Of a DNA stretch of 30,836 nucleotides, positions 17,902 through 25,454 are shown piece after piece. Position 1 is the stretch's first letter; each line of letters starts with the position of its first letter. This DNA comes from a virus (lineage: Duplodnaviria > Caudoviricetes), in the IMG/VR virus record IMGVR_UViG_3300035135_000145, positions 1 to 30,836 of that record; one strand, 5' to 3'. The notes beneath the pieces were generated by a model. The model was given only the letters and a program-made list of their open reading frames with translations. It was not told the DNA's origin and ran no database searches. Made by a program: the position numbers and the translations under genes.

Positions 17902-20142
17902 TCAAACTCTACCGATGACTTCTTCAAAGCTGACACCCGTGCGGGTGGCAACGAAGGTCAGACCAATGAAGTTAATCGACCTTGCGGGTTTGATGTAGAT
18001 GTCCGCAATAAACTCATTGGAATCAATAACAGCAGGTGTGTTATTCGTTTCGTCGCAAACGACGACGAAATCTTGAATACCTCTCTTCGACTGAACATCG
18101 CGGAGGAATGGTTCAACAATGTTGATGAAATTCAATCTAGTGATTTCATCGTTGAACTCGAACAGGATGTCCTTGGCAGCGGCAGCGATTGCCTTCTCAA
18201 GGTAGATGAACAGACGGCGAACATTGATTCTGTCGAATGCAGATGCTCTACCAAGTCCAGTCTTATCACCAAAGAGGATAATACCTGCGCCAGGTGAAAC
18301 AACAATAGGGTTAATTCTATTGCTGTAGAGTTTGTCTCTGTGTACTCTGTTAGGAGTATATGCAAGTTTGACCGCATTCAGAATAGCGCCTCTTGCAGTA
18401 CCACCAGGAGAGAACCAGGGGAAGTTGTTGATATCATTTCTAGCACATGTGCCAGCGATATCGCCATTCAGAGGTACATATCTGAACTGTTGGTTGAACC
18501 TGTCATACATGTACTTGTAACTACTATCGAATACAGCGTAAGAACTGGATGTGATAGGAGCGTAGAACTCGATCAGGTTATCGGTTACAGTGTCTGTGTC
18601 CAGCGTAAGGGATTCGCCGACAGCAGCAGGACTCAGGAAGCAACCTCTCCAGGGGGAGATGAATGCAACTGCATCCTTTCTAAACTCAGCAACCTCAATA
18701 AGTTTGTTAGCAAGTGCCATGGTTTCAAACTTACCATGGTTTGCGGAACCTTGCAGAAGGAAATCAATATCGATTTCATCTGGGTTCTTGAGAAGATCGT
18801 AACCTTGGGATAATGAACCGATGTCGATATTCAGAGCGTTAGAAGCAGTTACAGTGGCGATACCATTGTAGTTAGTGCCGTTAGCGATAGTGCCCTGATA
18901 GTTACCAACAGAACTGAAGGTTACATCCTTAACATCTTGGTCCCAACCACCATCTCCAAATACATCCCATCCGTCAGAATCGAAACCAGTGGTAGTGATA
19001 CCAGAGGGAGCAGAACCAGCGAAGAGATTATCAGAACCAACTTCGATTACCTTTCTCCAGTAAGATGCTGTACCAGCAGAGAACTGTGCATCTCTACCTT
19101 TAGAAAGATTGAAGTGTTTCTCAAGGATTGTTCCAGCGTTGCCTGTAAGGGAACCGCTATCGTCGAAGACCAAAACATGAACTTCGTCGAATCTGGAGTT
19201 TCTAGCAGCGGCGTAGGAAGAGGTTCCAGGTTTCTCAGCGAAAGTGTTCCAAGCAAGAACCGAACCGTTGTTCAGAGTAATGCTTTGGTTATCGAACCAA
19301 TCCTTAGCACCAGTGTAGGAAACTGTTGGAGTGTAGTTGGTTACCAGACCAGCAACTGTCTTACCATAGTGGGAAGAAGTGAAGGTGTGGATACCGAGAG
19401 CACCAGTCTCACTGAACTGATAAATGCTCTTTGCTTTGTAATCGACTGCGGTTTCTGTGCCAGCAGCGGATACATGAGAGACTAGTTTGACAGTTACCTG
19501 ACCAGCACCAATTTCGGTAATCTGACCTTTGAAGTATCCATCGAGCAGAGAAGTTGCACCAGCACCAGCAACGACTGTTCCAGCAGGAACTGCCTGAGTG
19601 ATACCGTAACCAACTCTCAGGTCGATAGCAGCAACTGGGTTAACGGTAGAACCGTAACCAAGAACTGCGGTAGTATCGATACCAGTAATGATCTGGTCAC
19701 CCAGTCCATCAATGGTGGCAACTGTAATTCCGTTAGACCAAGAACCAGGGTTCTTAGCAGCATAGACAACACCAGTGATGGTGTTTTCGTTATAACCCAG
19801 GTTTACATAGTCTTCTGGGCTCTTAATCTTGACGCTGGCAGCAGCACCAATAAAACCGTTCTTAAGTTCTTCGTCATCAGCTCTGACGACTCTCATTACG
19901 CCGCCGTAAGCGAGGTATGAGGAAGCGGTGTACCAATACTCGTAGTGGTTGTCCTTGGGATACGGTTGACCGAAAGTATCCAAAAGGTCAGCTTCGGTCT
20001 CAATAAGTTCGGGTGTCTCTACTGGACCTTTTGCGAAAGGAGCAACCAGACCACCAGTCAGTGTCGATGTTGCATCGACTCTTCCGTTGGTAAGATCAAC
20101 TTCCCTTACATTAATTCCAGGAGATGCTAAATTGAGCGGCAT
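17902..20142 (-). CDS. gp18: Tail sheath protein gp18
   Basis: LASPGINVREVD, PWFSPGG, GDKT, AFDRINVRRLF, IKPARSINFIGLTFVATRTG. Confidence 0.98.
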   Translation of the reverse strand: MPLNLASPGINVREVDLTNGRVDATSTLTGGLVAPFAKGPVETPELIETEADLLDTFGQPYPKDNHYEYWYTASSYLAYGGVMRVVRADDEELKNGFIGAAASVKIKSPEDYVNLGYNENTITGVVYAAKNPGSWSNGITVATIDGLGDQIITGIDTTAVLGYGSTVNPVAAIDLRVGYGITQAVPAGTVVAGAGATSLLDGYFKGQITEIGAGQVTVKLVSHVSAAGTETAVDYKAKSIYQFSETGALGIHTFTSSHYGKTVAGLVTNYTPTVSYTGAKDWFDNQSITLNNGSVLAWNTFAEKPGTSSYAAARNSRFDEVHVLVFDDSGSLTGNAGTILEKHFNLSKGRDAQFSAGTASYWRKVIEVGSDNLFAGSAPSGITTTGFDSDGWDVFGDGGWDQDVKDVTFSSVGNYQGTIANGTNYNGIATVTASNALNIDIGSLSQGYDLLKNPDEIDIDFLLQGSANHGKFETMALANKLIEVAEFRKDAVAFISPWRGCFLSPAAVGESLTLDTDTVTDNLIEFYAPITSSSYAVFDSSYKYMYDRFNQQFRYVPLNGDIAGTCARNDINNFPWFSPGGTARGAILNAVKLAYTPNRVHRDKLYSNRINPIVVSPGAGIILFGDKTGLGRASAFDRINVRRLFIYLEKAIAAAAKDILFEFNDEITRLNFINIVEPFLRDVQSKRGIQDFVVVCDETNNTPAVIDSNEFIADIYIKPARSINFIGLTFVATRTGVSFEEVIGRV

Positions 20143-20176
20143 CTGTAACTCCTTGTAGAATCCAATAATCTAGAAA

Positions 20177-20183
20177 TATTTAG
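20177..20183 (-). promoter_or_regulatory. Late promoter CTAAATA upstream of g18
   Basis: Motif about 35 nt upstream of the g18 ATG. Confidence 0.65.
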
Positions 20184-20224
20184 GGTTAGGGGTATTTTCA
20201 GGGGGGAAACACTGCATGAACAAC

Positions 20225-20446
20225 CTACCAGTCTGGGTATTCCCATTGTGTGGATCTTCCAGCTTTTCTTGTATTGAGTATCCGTTTTTTTGTGCATTCT
20301 TTGCACTCATATGAGTACGCCGATGGACCGCTAGTTTTTCTTATTTTATAGAAGTCTGAGACAAGTTCTTTTGTCTTGAGACAAGATCTACACTTTCTTT
20401 CTTTAAAGATGTAATGTTCTAGATCAAACTCATCCCCAAAGTCCAT
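20225..20446 (-). CDS. Small Cys4 zinc-binding protein, 73 aa
   Basis: Start re-called at ATG overlapping the g17 stop (TGATG). Motifs CRSC...FYK...CKEC. Confidence 0.75.
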   Translation of the reverse strand: MDFGDEFDLEHYIFKERKCRSCLKTKELVSDFYKIRKTSGPSAYSYECKECTKKRILNTRKAGRSTQWEYPDW

Positions 20447-22098
20447 CAGTAATACTCCCACATAAAAGATCTATCACCATACTCATCTGTTTTCCATCTA
20501 GTTCCATCAGAGTCAACAAACTCTTCATCATCCTCAACACCGTTTAGAATAAACCCGAAGGGTGCCATGTCTTGTTCAATCTGATTCTTTTGCTCTTCAT
20601 AGATTCTCTTACGAACATCATTGTCCGTCATCTCTCGGAAGTAATCTTGAGCGACCAACCATGCGAAGATAACCAGACACATTGCAAGGTCATCATGACA
20701 TCCGTCTTCTGCCTCCCACGATTGTTTCTTCTGTACAAAGGTAGTTAACTCAGCAATAATATCATAGTCATTAGTAAATAGTTTGTCCTCTTCAATCAAT
20801 GCCTTTAGGTTAGAACATCCAGTCTTCTTAACTGCCTGAGTCATCCTGACTCCCATCTGTGTTTTCTTACCAGAGAACCCAGACCCAACAATTTGACCTG
20901 CTCTACCTCTCATAGAACACATCAGCATATTTTCATACTCTAGATCATATTGCAAGATACTAGCAACCTGCTCGCCGATATCATTAACTTCGACTAATAC
21001 ATATGCTTCGTTATATGCCTTTGCCATATCCAAGATAATACTTGGGAACAGCATAGGTTTGATCTCATTGTTTTTATATCTTGCTACAGTTTTGTATGGA
21101 AAGGTAGTAATATCAAAAACTACAAATGCACTGTAGTCATGATCAATACCTCTAGCAGTATCGACTGTGATAATATAATTTTTTTCCTTCTCTGGTTCTT
21201 CATATACTACAAGACCCTTACCATTGTTTTTGATTGGATCTTCAAAAACAAGATTGCGTAATTTAGAAACACTAATGAGAGTATCAACAGATCCAAGGAA
21301 TTCGCACTCGAACTCAACTTTGAACTGCTGTTCAGATGTGTTGGCAACAGTTTGTGCTTTCCATGCAGCATCCCTACCAGGTACTTCGGACCAGTGAACT
21401 TCCGTTGCAGTATATTCGTTCTTACCTCTTTGTGCGTCGTGCCAATATCTATAGAAATGGTTCATCCCGTGAGGGGTAGAAACCATAATTACTTTCGTTG
21501 TTTTACCAGAAGTAATAGTAGGATAAACAGAACTAAAGAATTGCTCTGCAATATGGTTTGGAACGAACGCAAACTCATCGAGGAAGATGATGTTAAACGA
21601 CATACCTCGGACAGCAGACGCAGATGTAGAAGCTGCCAATATCTTACTGCCATTCTCTAACTCGATAGAACCTTTATTCCAGGATATAATACCCTGCTGC
21701 ATCCACTTTGGCAAGTTTTCGTATGCAGTTGCTAACCTTCCTAACAATTCTCTAGCAGTCGCTGCTTTGTTGGCAAGAATACCTACATTAACACTGTCAT
21801 TAAACACAATATAATGCAAGAGGTAAGATACACATGTAGTAGACTTACCAGTCTGTCTGGGCATCTTACAGATGTTAAATCGTTTCTCGTGGAAGTTTCT
21901 AATTAACTTCTCCTGAAAGTCCCACATCTTGAAAGGTACAAGACCTTCATCAAGAGAAACGATCTTTACATAGTTTTTGGCAAAATATACTGGATCTTTC
22001 TTACACCTCAAATACTCCTCAACATCCTCTTTTGTAAAGTTTATTGGGGTATTTGCTCTTTTTAGATTAGGATTACCAAGGTAGATATCTTCTGGCAT
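20446..22098 (-). CDS. gp17: Terminase large subunit gp17
   Basis: YLGNPNLK, Walker A PRQTGKST, Walker B IFLDEFAF, STPHG, nuclease DTARG and HDDLAM. Confidence 0.99.
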   Translation of the reverse strand: MPEDIYLGNPNLKRANTPINFTKEDVEEYLRCKKDPVYFAKNYVKIVSLDEGLVPFKMWDFQEKLIRNFHEKRFNICKMPRQTGKSTTCVSYLLHYIVFNDSVNVGILANKAATARELLGRLATAYENLPKWMQQGIISWNKGSIELENGSKILAASTSASAVRGMSFNIIFLDEFAFVPNHIAEQFFSSVYPTITSGKTTKVIMVSTPHGMNHFYRYWHDAQRGKNEYTATEVHWSEVPGRDAAWKAQTVANTSEQQFKVEFECEFLGSVDTLISVSKLRNLVFEDPIKNNGKGLVVYEEPEKEKNYIITVDTARGIDHDYSAFVVFDITTFPYKTVARYKNNEIKPMLFPSIILDMAKAYNEAYVLVEVNDIGEQVASILQYDLEYENMLMCSMRGRAGQIVGSGFSGKKTQMGVRMTQAVKKTGCSNLKALIEEDKLFTNDYDIIAELTTFVQKKQSWEAEDGCHDDLAMCLVIFAWLVAQDYFREMTDNDVRKRIYEEQKNQIEQDMAPFGFILNGVEDDEEFVDSDGTRWKTDEYGDRSFMWEYY

Positions 22099-22099
22099 A

Positions 22100-22240
22100 T
22101 CACTCCTTCATTTCGTCAGTAGCCATCTTTAATATGTATGCAACATAATACAAAACCCCCGCCAAAAATATGACGAGGGATATAATTACGCTCCATGTAG
22201 GATCGTTTAAGTTCTCCAATGGTCGAAGGACAAGATTCAT
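22100..22240 (-). CDS. Small membrane protein, 46 aa (not in ORF track)
   Basis: Manual translation MNLVLRPLENLNDPTWSVIISLVIFLAGVLYYVAYILKMATDEMKE*. One TM segment; fills the gap before g17. Confidence 0.7.
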   Translation of the reverse strand: MNLVLRPLENLNDPTWSVIISLVIFLAGVLYYVAYILKMATDEMKE

Positions 22241-22518
22241 AATTTGTCTTCTAGTTCTTTCATCATCGACTTTCTTTCGTCGATCTTACCATCTATATAT
22301 CCTGCTCTATACTCCCATGTCTGCCCACCATCTTGTCCTTTCATAGGATTGATGCAACGATGGTCTCCCAACTTATTGCATACCAGACTTGCTAGATCTG
22401 TTTCACTACCAGTGTTACCAGTACCACCCCAGATATGTTGCCCATTAATCCAGATAGCACCGCACTTCTCACATTCTTTACGCTCAAGTTTGAGGTCTGA
22501 AAATTCGTTGTCAGACAT
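22237..22518 (-). CDS. Hypothetical Cys-rich protein, 93 aa
   Basis: CEKC...WINGQHIW...LVCN...CINP; overlaps both neighbours in the operon. Confidence 0.75.
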   Translation of the reverse strand: MSDNEFSDLKLERKECEKCGAIWINGQHIWGGTGNTGSETDLASLVCNKLGDHRCINPMKGQDGGQTWEYRAGYIDGKIDERKSMMKELEDKL

Positions 22519-22717
22519 GTTCGTTTTCCCTCCTAATAATTCCTAGTTGTTTTTCTAGTTTCTTCCGCATGAAGTACATCCTCACTTGGATAATGGCATA
22601 CCTGACTGATAAGTCAGCATAGTGTACTAACCGCATTGTAGACTCGTATCCACCAATAGCAACCAATCCAATAAAGATCGCAACGCAGATGTAGAAACCT
22701 AGCATATGGAGTATCAC
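22511..22717 (-). CDS. Hypothetical membrane protein (start may be ATG 22705)
   Basis: N-terminal hydrophobic segment; promoter motifs directly upstream. Confidence 0.65.
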   Translation of the reverse strand: MILHMLGFYICVAIFIGLVAIGGYESTMRLVHYADLSVRYAIIQVRMYFMRKKLEKQLGIIRRENEHV

Positions 22718-22726
22718 TCTGATACC

Positions 22727-22754
22727 ATTATAGGTCTATTTAGAGATTTGTCAG
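22727..22754 (-). promoter_or_regulatory. Late promoter CTAAATA (22737-22743) nested in a sigma70-like CTGACA-N16-TATAAT
   Basis: Minus strand ctgaca aatctctaaatagacc tataat. Confidence 0.55.
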
Positions 22755-22772
22755 GTAGGATTTAATACTCAA

Positions 22773-23393
22773 TCAGCATTTCCACTTACGGAGAGCAAGT
22801 GCTTTACGAGTGGGGCGACCCTTCTCGTCTTTCATAGGTCCTTTCATGCCACCCATGCGGGCACAGAAAGATCTTTTACGAGGACCACCTTCGGGTTGTG
22901 GTGCCTTCAGATCTGAACCAGGATTCTCGCGCTCATAGGACTTACGACCTTTTTCGTTTAGACCGCCAGAAGGATTCTTTCCTTCCTTACGCTGCCATGC
23001 AGACTCACTAACAGAAAACTCCTCTTTTCTACTATTATCCAATCTAATGACTTTATCGCCCAGTCTATGAGAAATACCCGTTCCTCCAGTCTCAGCTTTT
23101 TTTCTGGGACCTTTATGGAGTGGATTTTTGATATCTAGGTTGGGATGACCAATATATCCGTCACCAGGTTTACCCCCTAAAACTTCATCTAGTTTCTTCT
23201 TCTCAGGAAGATCGTCGTGCTTAGTAGATGCAAAGTCCTTCACATCTTTTTTCTTCATGGTCCTGGCAAGTTTTTTCACTTGCTCAGATGGATTATCCAT
23301 CTCGCCTTTTTGAGCAGCACGAACCATGCCCATCAGTCTCTGCTGAGACTTACTTTTTGCCTCTTCGGCAAACTGATGATATGATCTACCCAT
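22773..23393 (-). CDS. Basic modular protein (DUF3008-like N-module, DUF6321-like C-module), putative internal head protein
   Basis: AKSKSQQRLMG...DFASTKH and AWQRKEGKNPSGGLNEKGR...RSFCARM...LRKWKC. Late promoter upstream. Domain names are from recall. Confidence 0.75.
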   Translation of the reverse strand: MGRSYHQFAEEAKSKSQQRLMGMVRAAQKGEMDNPSEQVKKLARTMKKKDVKDFASTKHDDLPEKKKLDEVLGGKPGDGYIGHPNLDIKNPLHKGPRKKAETGGTGISHRLGDKVIRLDNSRKEEFSVSESAWQRKEGKNPSGGLNEKGRKSYERENPGSDLKAPQPEGGPRKRSFCARMGGMKGPMKDEKGRPTRKALALRKWKC

Positions 23394-23517
23394 TTTTACT
23401 GAGTCTTTTTTTATTATTTATCTTTGCTTTGCAAATTTTCATGTGGGAAAGAACCAACTGCTCTAGAGTTGGTGATTCGTGCCCGCAGTACGGGCACTTA
23501 TGAATCCTTCTTTCCAC
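23386..23517 (-). CDS. Putative C2HC zinc-finger micro-protein, 43 aa, GTG start (not in ORF track)
   Basis: Manual translation MERRIHKCPYCGHESPTLEQLVLSHMKICKAKINNKKRLSKNG*. Fills the gap between two genes. Confidence 0.5.
   Translation of the reverse strand: MERRIHKCPYCGHESPTLEQLVLSHMKICKAKINNKKRLSKNG
23415..23421 (-). promoter_or_regulatory. Late promoter ATAAATA upstream of the 206-aa gene
   Basis: Motif 22 nt upstream of ATG 23393. Confidence 0.65.
23443..23517. other. Nested inverted repeats forming a predicted three-way junction
   Basis: Outer stem GTGG(G)AAAGAA/TTCTTTCCAC; inner ACCAACT/AGTTGGT and GATTC-GTGCCCG/CGGGCAC-(TTAT)-GAATC. Confidence 0.55.
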
Positions 23518-23524
23518 GACTACA

Positions 23525-23779
23525 TCATGGCAATGATGGTAATGCGGGACCCGTGGTACTAGGAGGTGCTGGTACTGCTACATCAGTTATATCTGGTACT
23601 GCAGAATCTAACATTCCAGGAAGAGCTCCAGCGATTGCCTCTGTTGCTGCTGCAGCGATCTTCTCCTTAGCAGATTCAATCAGTGCATCTTTTTGGAAAT
23701 AAACATAGGCACCACCACCGATGATGCTAGCAGTGCCCAAGAAAGAGAGGACTGCGAGTGTGTTAATAATTTTTTGCAT
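23525..23779 (-). CDS. Hypothetical membrane-anchored protein, 84 aa
   Basis: N-terminal TM segment and Pro-rich tail. Confidence 0.8.
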   Translation of the reverse strand: MQKIINTLAVLSFLGTASIIGGGAYVYFQKDALIESAKEKIAAAATEAIAGALPGMLDSAVPDITDVAVPAPPSTTGPALPSLP

Positions 23780-23781
23780 GA

Positions 23782-24228
23782 TTACATTTTGTAAGTGTCG
23801 TCTGTGGTAATCTTAAGCGGTGCTTGTTCAACCTTAATAGTTTGAACTGGACCAGTAGATTTTGCAGCCTCGATCAGTTTTTCTAAGTCTGCTTTAGTGA
23901 TACCACCAGCAGCACCAGCAGCGTTCGCACCATTCATTTTCATAGTACCGTCACCTGATTTTTTAGCCGTTTGAACCCCGAAGGTAGCTAAAACCCCAGT
24001 AAAGACGCTGGCTATGAAAGTCGGATCGAGATCTTGTTCAGGGAACTGAAGTGCTTTAGGAAGATCTACATATGCTAAGGTCAAGATACCACCAGACCAT
24101 ACTAAAATTCCTAACCTTACGAATGTAGACAAGATTGCTAATTGCTCTTCCTTGTCTTCAGATGCCTCTTTCAGTTTACCGAAGATACCCTTCTTTTTGG
24201 GTTCCTCTTTAGTAACTTCTTCGGACAT
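23782..24228 (-). CDS. Two-TM membrane protein, 148 aa
   Basis: ILSTFVRLGILVWSGGILTLAYV and DPTFIASVFTGVLATFGV hydrophobic segments. Confidence 0.8.
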   Translation of the reverse strand: MSEEVTKEEPKKKGIFGKLKEASEDKEEQLAILSTFVRLGILVWSGGILTLAYVDLPKALQFPEQDLDPTFIASVFTGVLATFGVQTAKKSGDGTMKMNGANAAGAAGGITKADLEKLIEAAKSTGPVQTIKVEQAPLKITTDDTYKM

Positions 24229-24249
24229 TCGTAAAAAGCGTGGCAGCTT

Positions 24250-24256
24250 TATTTAG
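24250..24256 (-). promoter_or_regulatory. Late promoter CTAAATA overlapping the g16 stop
   Basis: Motif 22 nt upstream of ATG 24228. Confidence 0.6.
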
Positions 24257-24660
24257 CGTTTGCCACCTCCCATCTCCTTAAGCATCTTTTGTAGTTCTGC
24301 TGTAGACCCTACAAACATAGCGTTGTTAGTTACATGAGAAGGACCAGATTTTTCTTCATCAATATCTTTAATCTTCTTCTGCAAGTCGATCAATTTCTCT
24401 GCATTATCAGCAACAGTTTTTAACAACTGACCAGCAACTTCATATGCTCTAGGAGAACTTGTCTCCTCTGCTAACTCCATAATACCATTAAGAGTTTCTT
24501 GCCCCTTTTCGATGAGGGAATATAAGTTTGCTCTAGTATAATCGTAGTCTTTTTCCACATCGTCCTTGGTAAGACGCTCTGGTTTTGTCTTCTCAACAGG
24601 AGTTACATCTACGATTTCGCTAGAAGTATTCAGTGCCTTATCGATTTTCTTACTGCTCAT
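24253..24660 (-). CDS. gp16: Terminase small subunit gp16
   Basis: DYDYTRANLYSLIEKGQE, SPRAYEVAGQL, FVGSTAELQKML. Confidence 0.95.
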   Translation of the reverse strand: MSSKKIDKALNTSSEIVDVTPVEKTKPERLTKDDVEKDYDYTRANLYSLIEKGQETLNGIMELAEETSSPRAYEVAGQLLKTVADNAEKLIDLQKKIKDIDEEKSGPSHVTNNAMFVGSTAELQKMLKEMGGGKR

Positions 24661-25454
24661 ACATCAGTACCTCTGGTAGGACTATAATTCTTGGAATCGT
24701 AGAGCATTTCTGTAGTCTCCGTAAACCCAAAGTCGTCGCCAGGATCGGCGTTGATTGGGTCTGGAACAACAGTGTAACGCATCTCTCTCTTCGCAGTTGC
24801 CCTGTCGGTATCTGCATAGTAATCGACCTGAACCTTGCGAATGAGACCGTCGGTGCTCTCCGCAATAGGACCGAACAGGTAGGTCTTTGCTGTAAAATTG
24901 AGAGTATATGTTAGAACCCTTCTTGTAGAAAAGTCTCCTTCATATTCATCGGTAAATGAAATATTGTCTAGTACGACAGGGATATCTCTCTTCTCCCCGA
25001 TAGATTCAACCAGGTCTAGAGAAACATTAAAGGATGGTTGGAAGAAAGGAAGAATTTGTTCAACAATTTGAAGAGCGTCTTCATTCAACTTTGTAAGAAT
25101 GTTTAACTCAAAGTTGACATTATATGGTACGGGCAAGAATACTTTCTTTACATTGTCACCATCGACTGCCTTAAACGACCTGGTAACACTAGTTTTTCTT
25201 GCTGGATCATATTGCAATCCTGTCATCTCAAATGACATTCTAGGCAGAGTGATTGCAACTGCCTTTGCTAACTCTTGCTGTTGTCTAATTTTTGCAAGGA
25301 ACTTAGATCTTGGTCCATATGCCAATGGCACCTTTGTATCACTGATTACGCCACCCTGTCTATCCTCATGTTGGATGTGGATGTCATTAAACAAAGTTCC
25401 GAAAGCAACAACTGTCTTTCTAAGAACTTCGTGATAAAAATATGTACCTAACAT
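24657..25454 (-). CDS. gp15: Tail terminator / proximal sheath stabiliser gp15
   Basis: YFYHEVLRKTVVAFGTLFN, VPLAYGP, TLPRMSFE, QIVEQILPFFQP. Confidence 0.96.
   Translation of the reverse strand: MLGTYFYHEVLRKTVVAFGTLFNDIHIQHEDRQGGVISDTKVPLAYGPRSKFLAKIRQQQELAKAVAITLPRMSFEMTGLQYDPARKTSVTRSFKAVDGDNVKKVFLPVPYNVNFELNILTKLNEDALQIVEQILPFFQPSFNVSLDLVESIGEKRDIPVVLDNISFTDEYEGDFSTRRVLTYTLNFTAKTYLFGPIAESTDGLIRKVQVDYYADTDRATAKREMRYTVVPDPINADPGDDFGFTETTEMLYDSKNYSPTRGTDV

Noticed and set aside
23443-23517. tRNA or hammerhead ribozyme
   Set aside because: No T-loop, anticodon arm or CCA geometry, and no CUGAnGA/GAAA core in the right arrangement.
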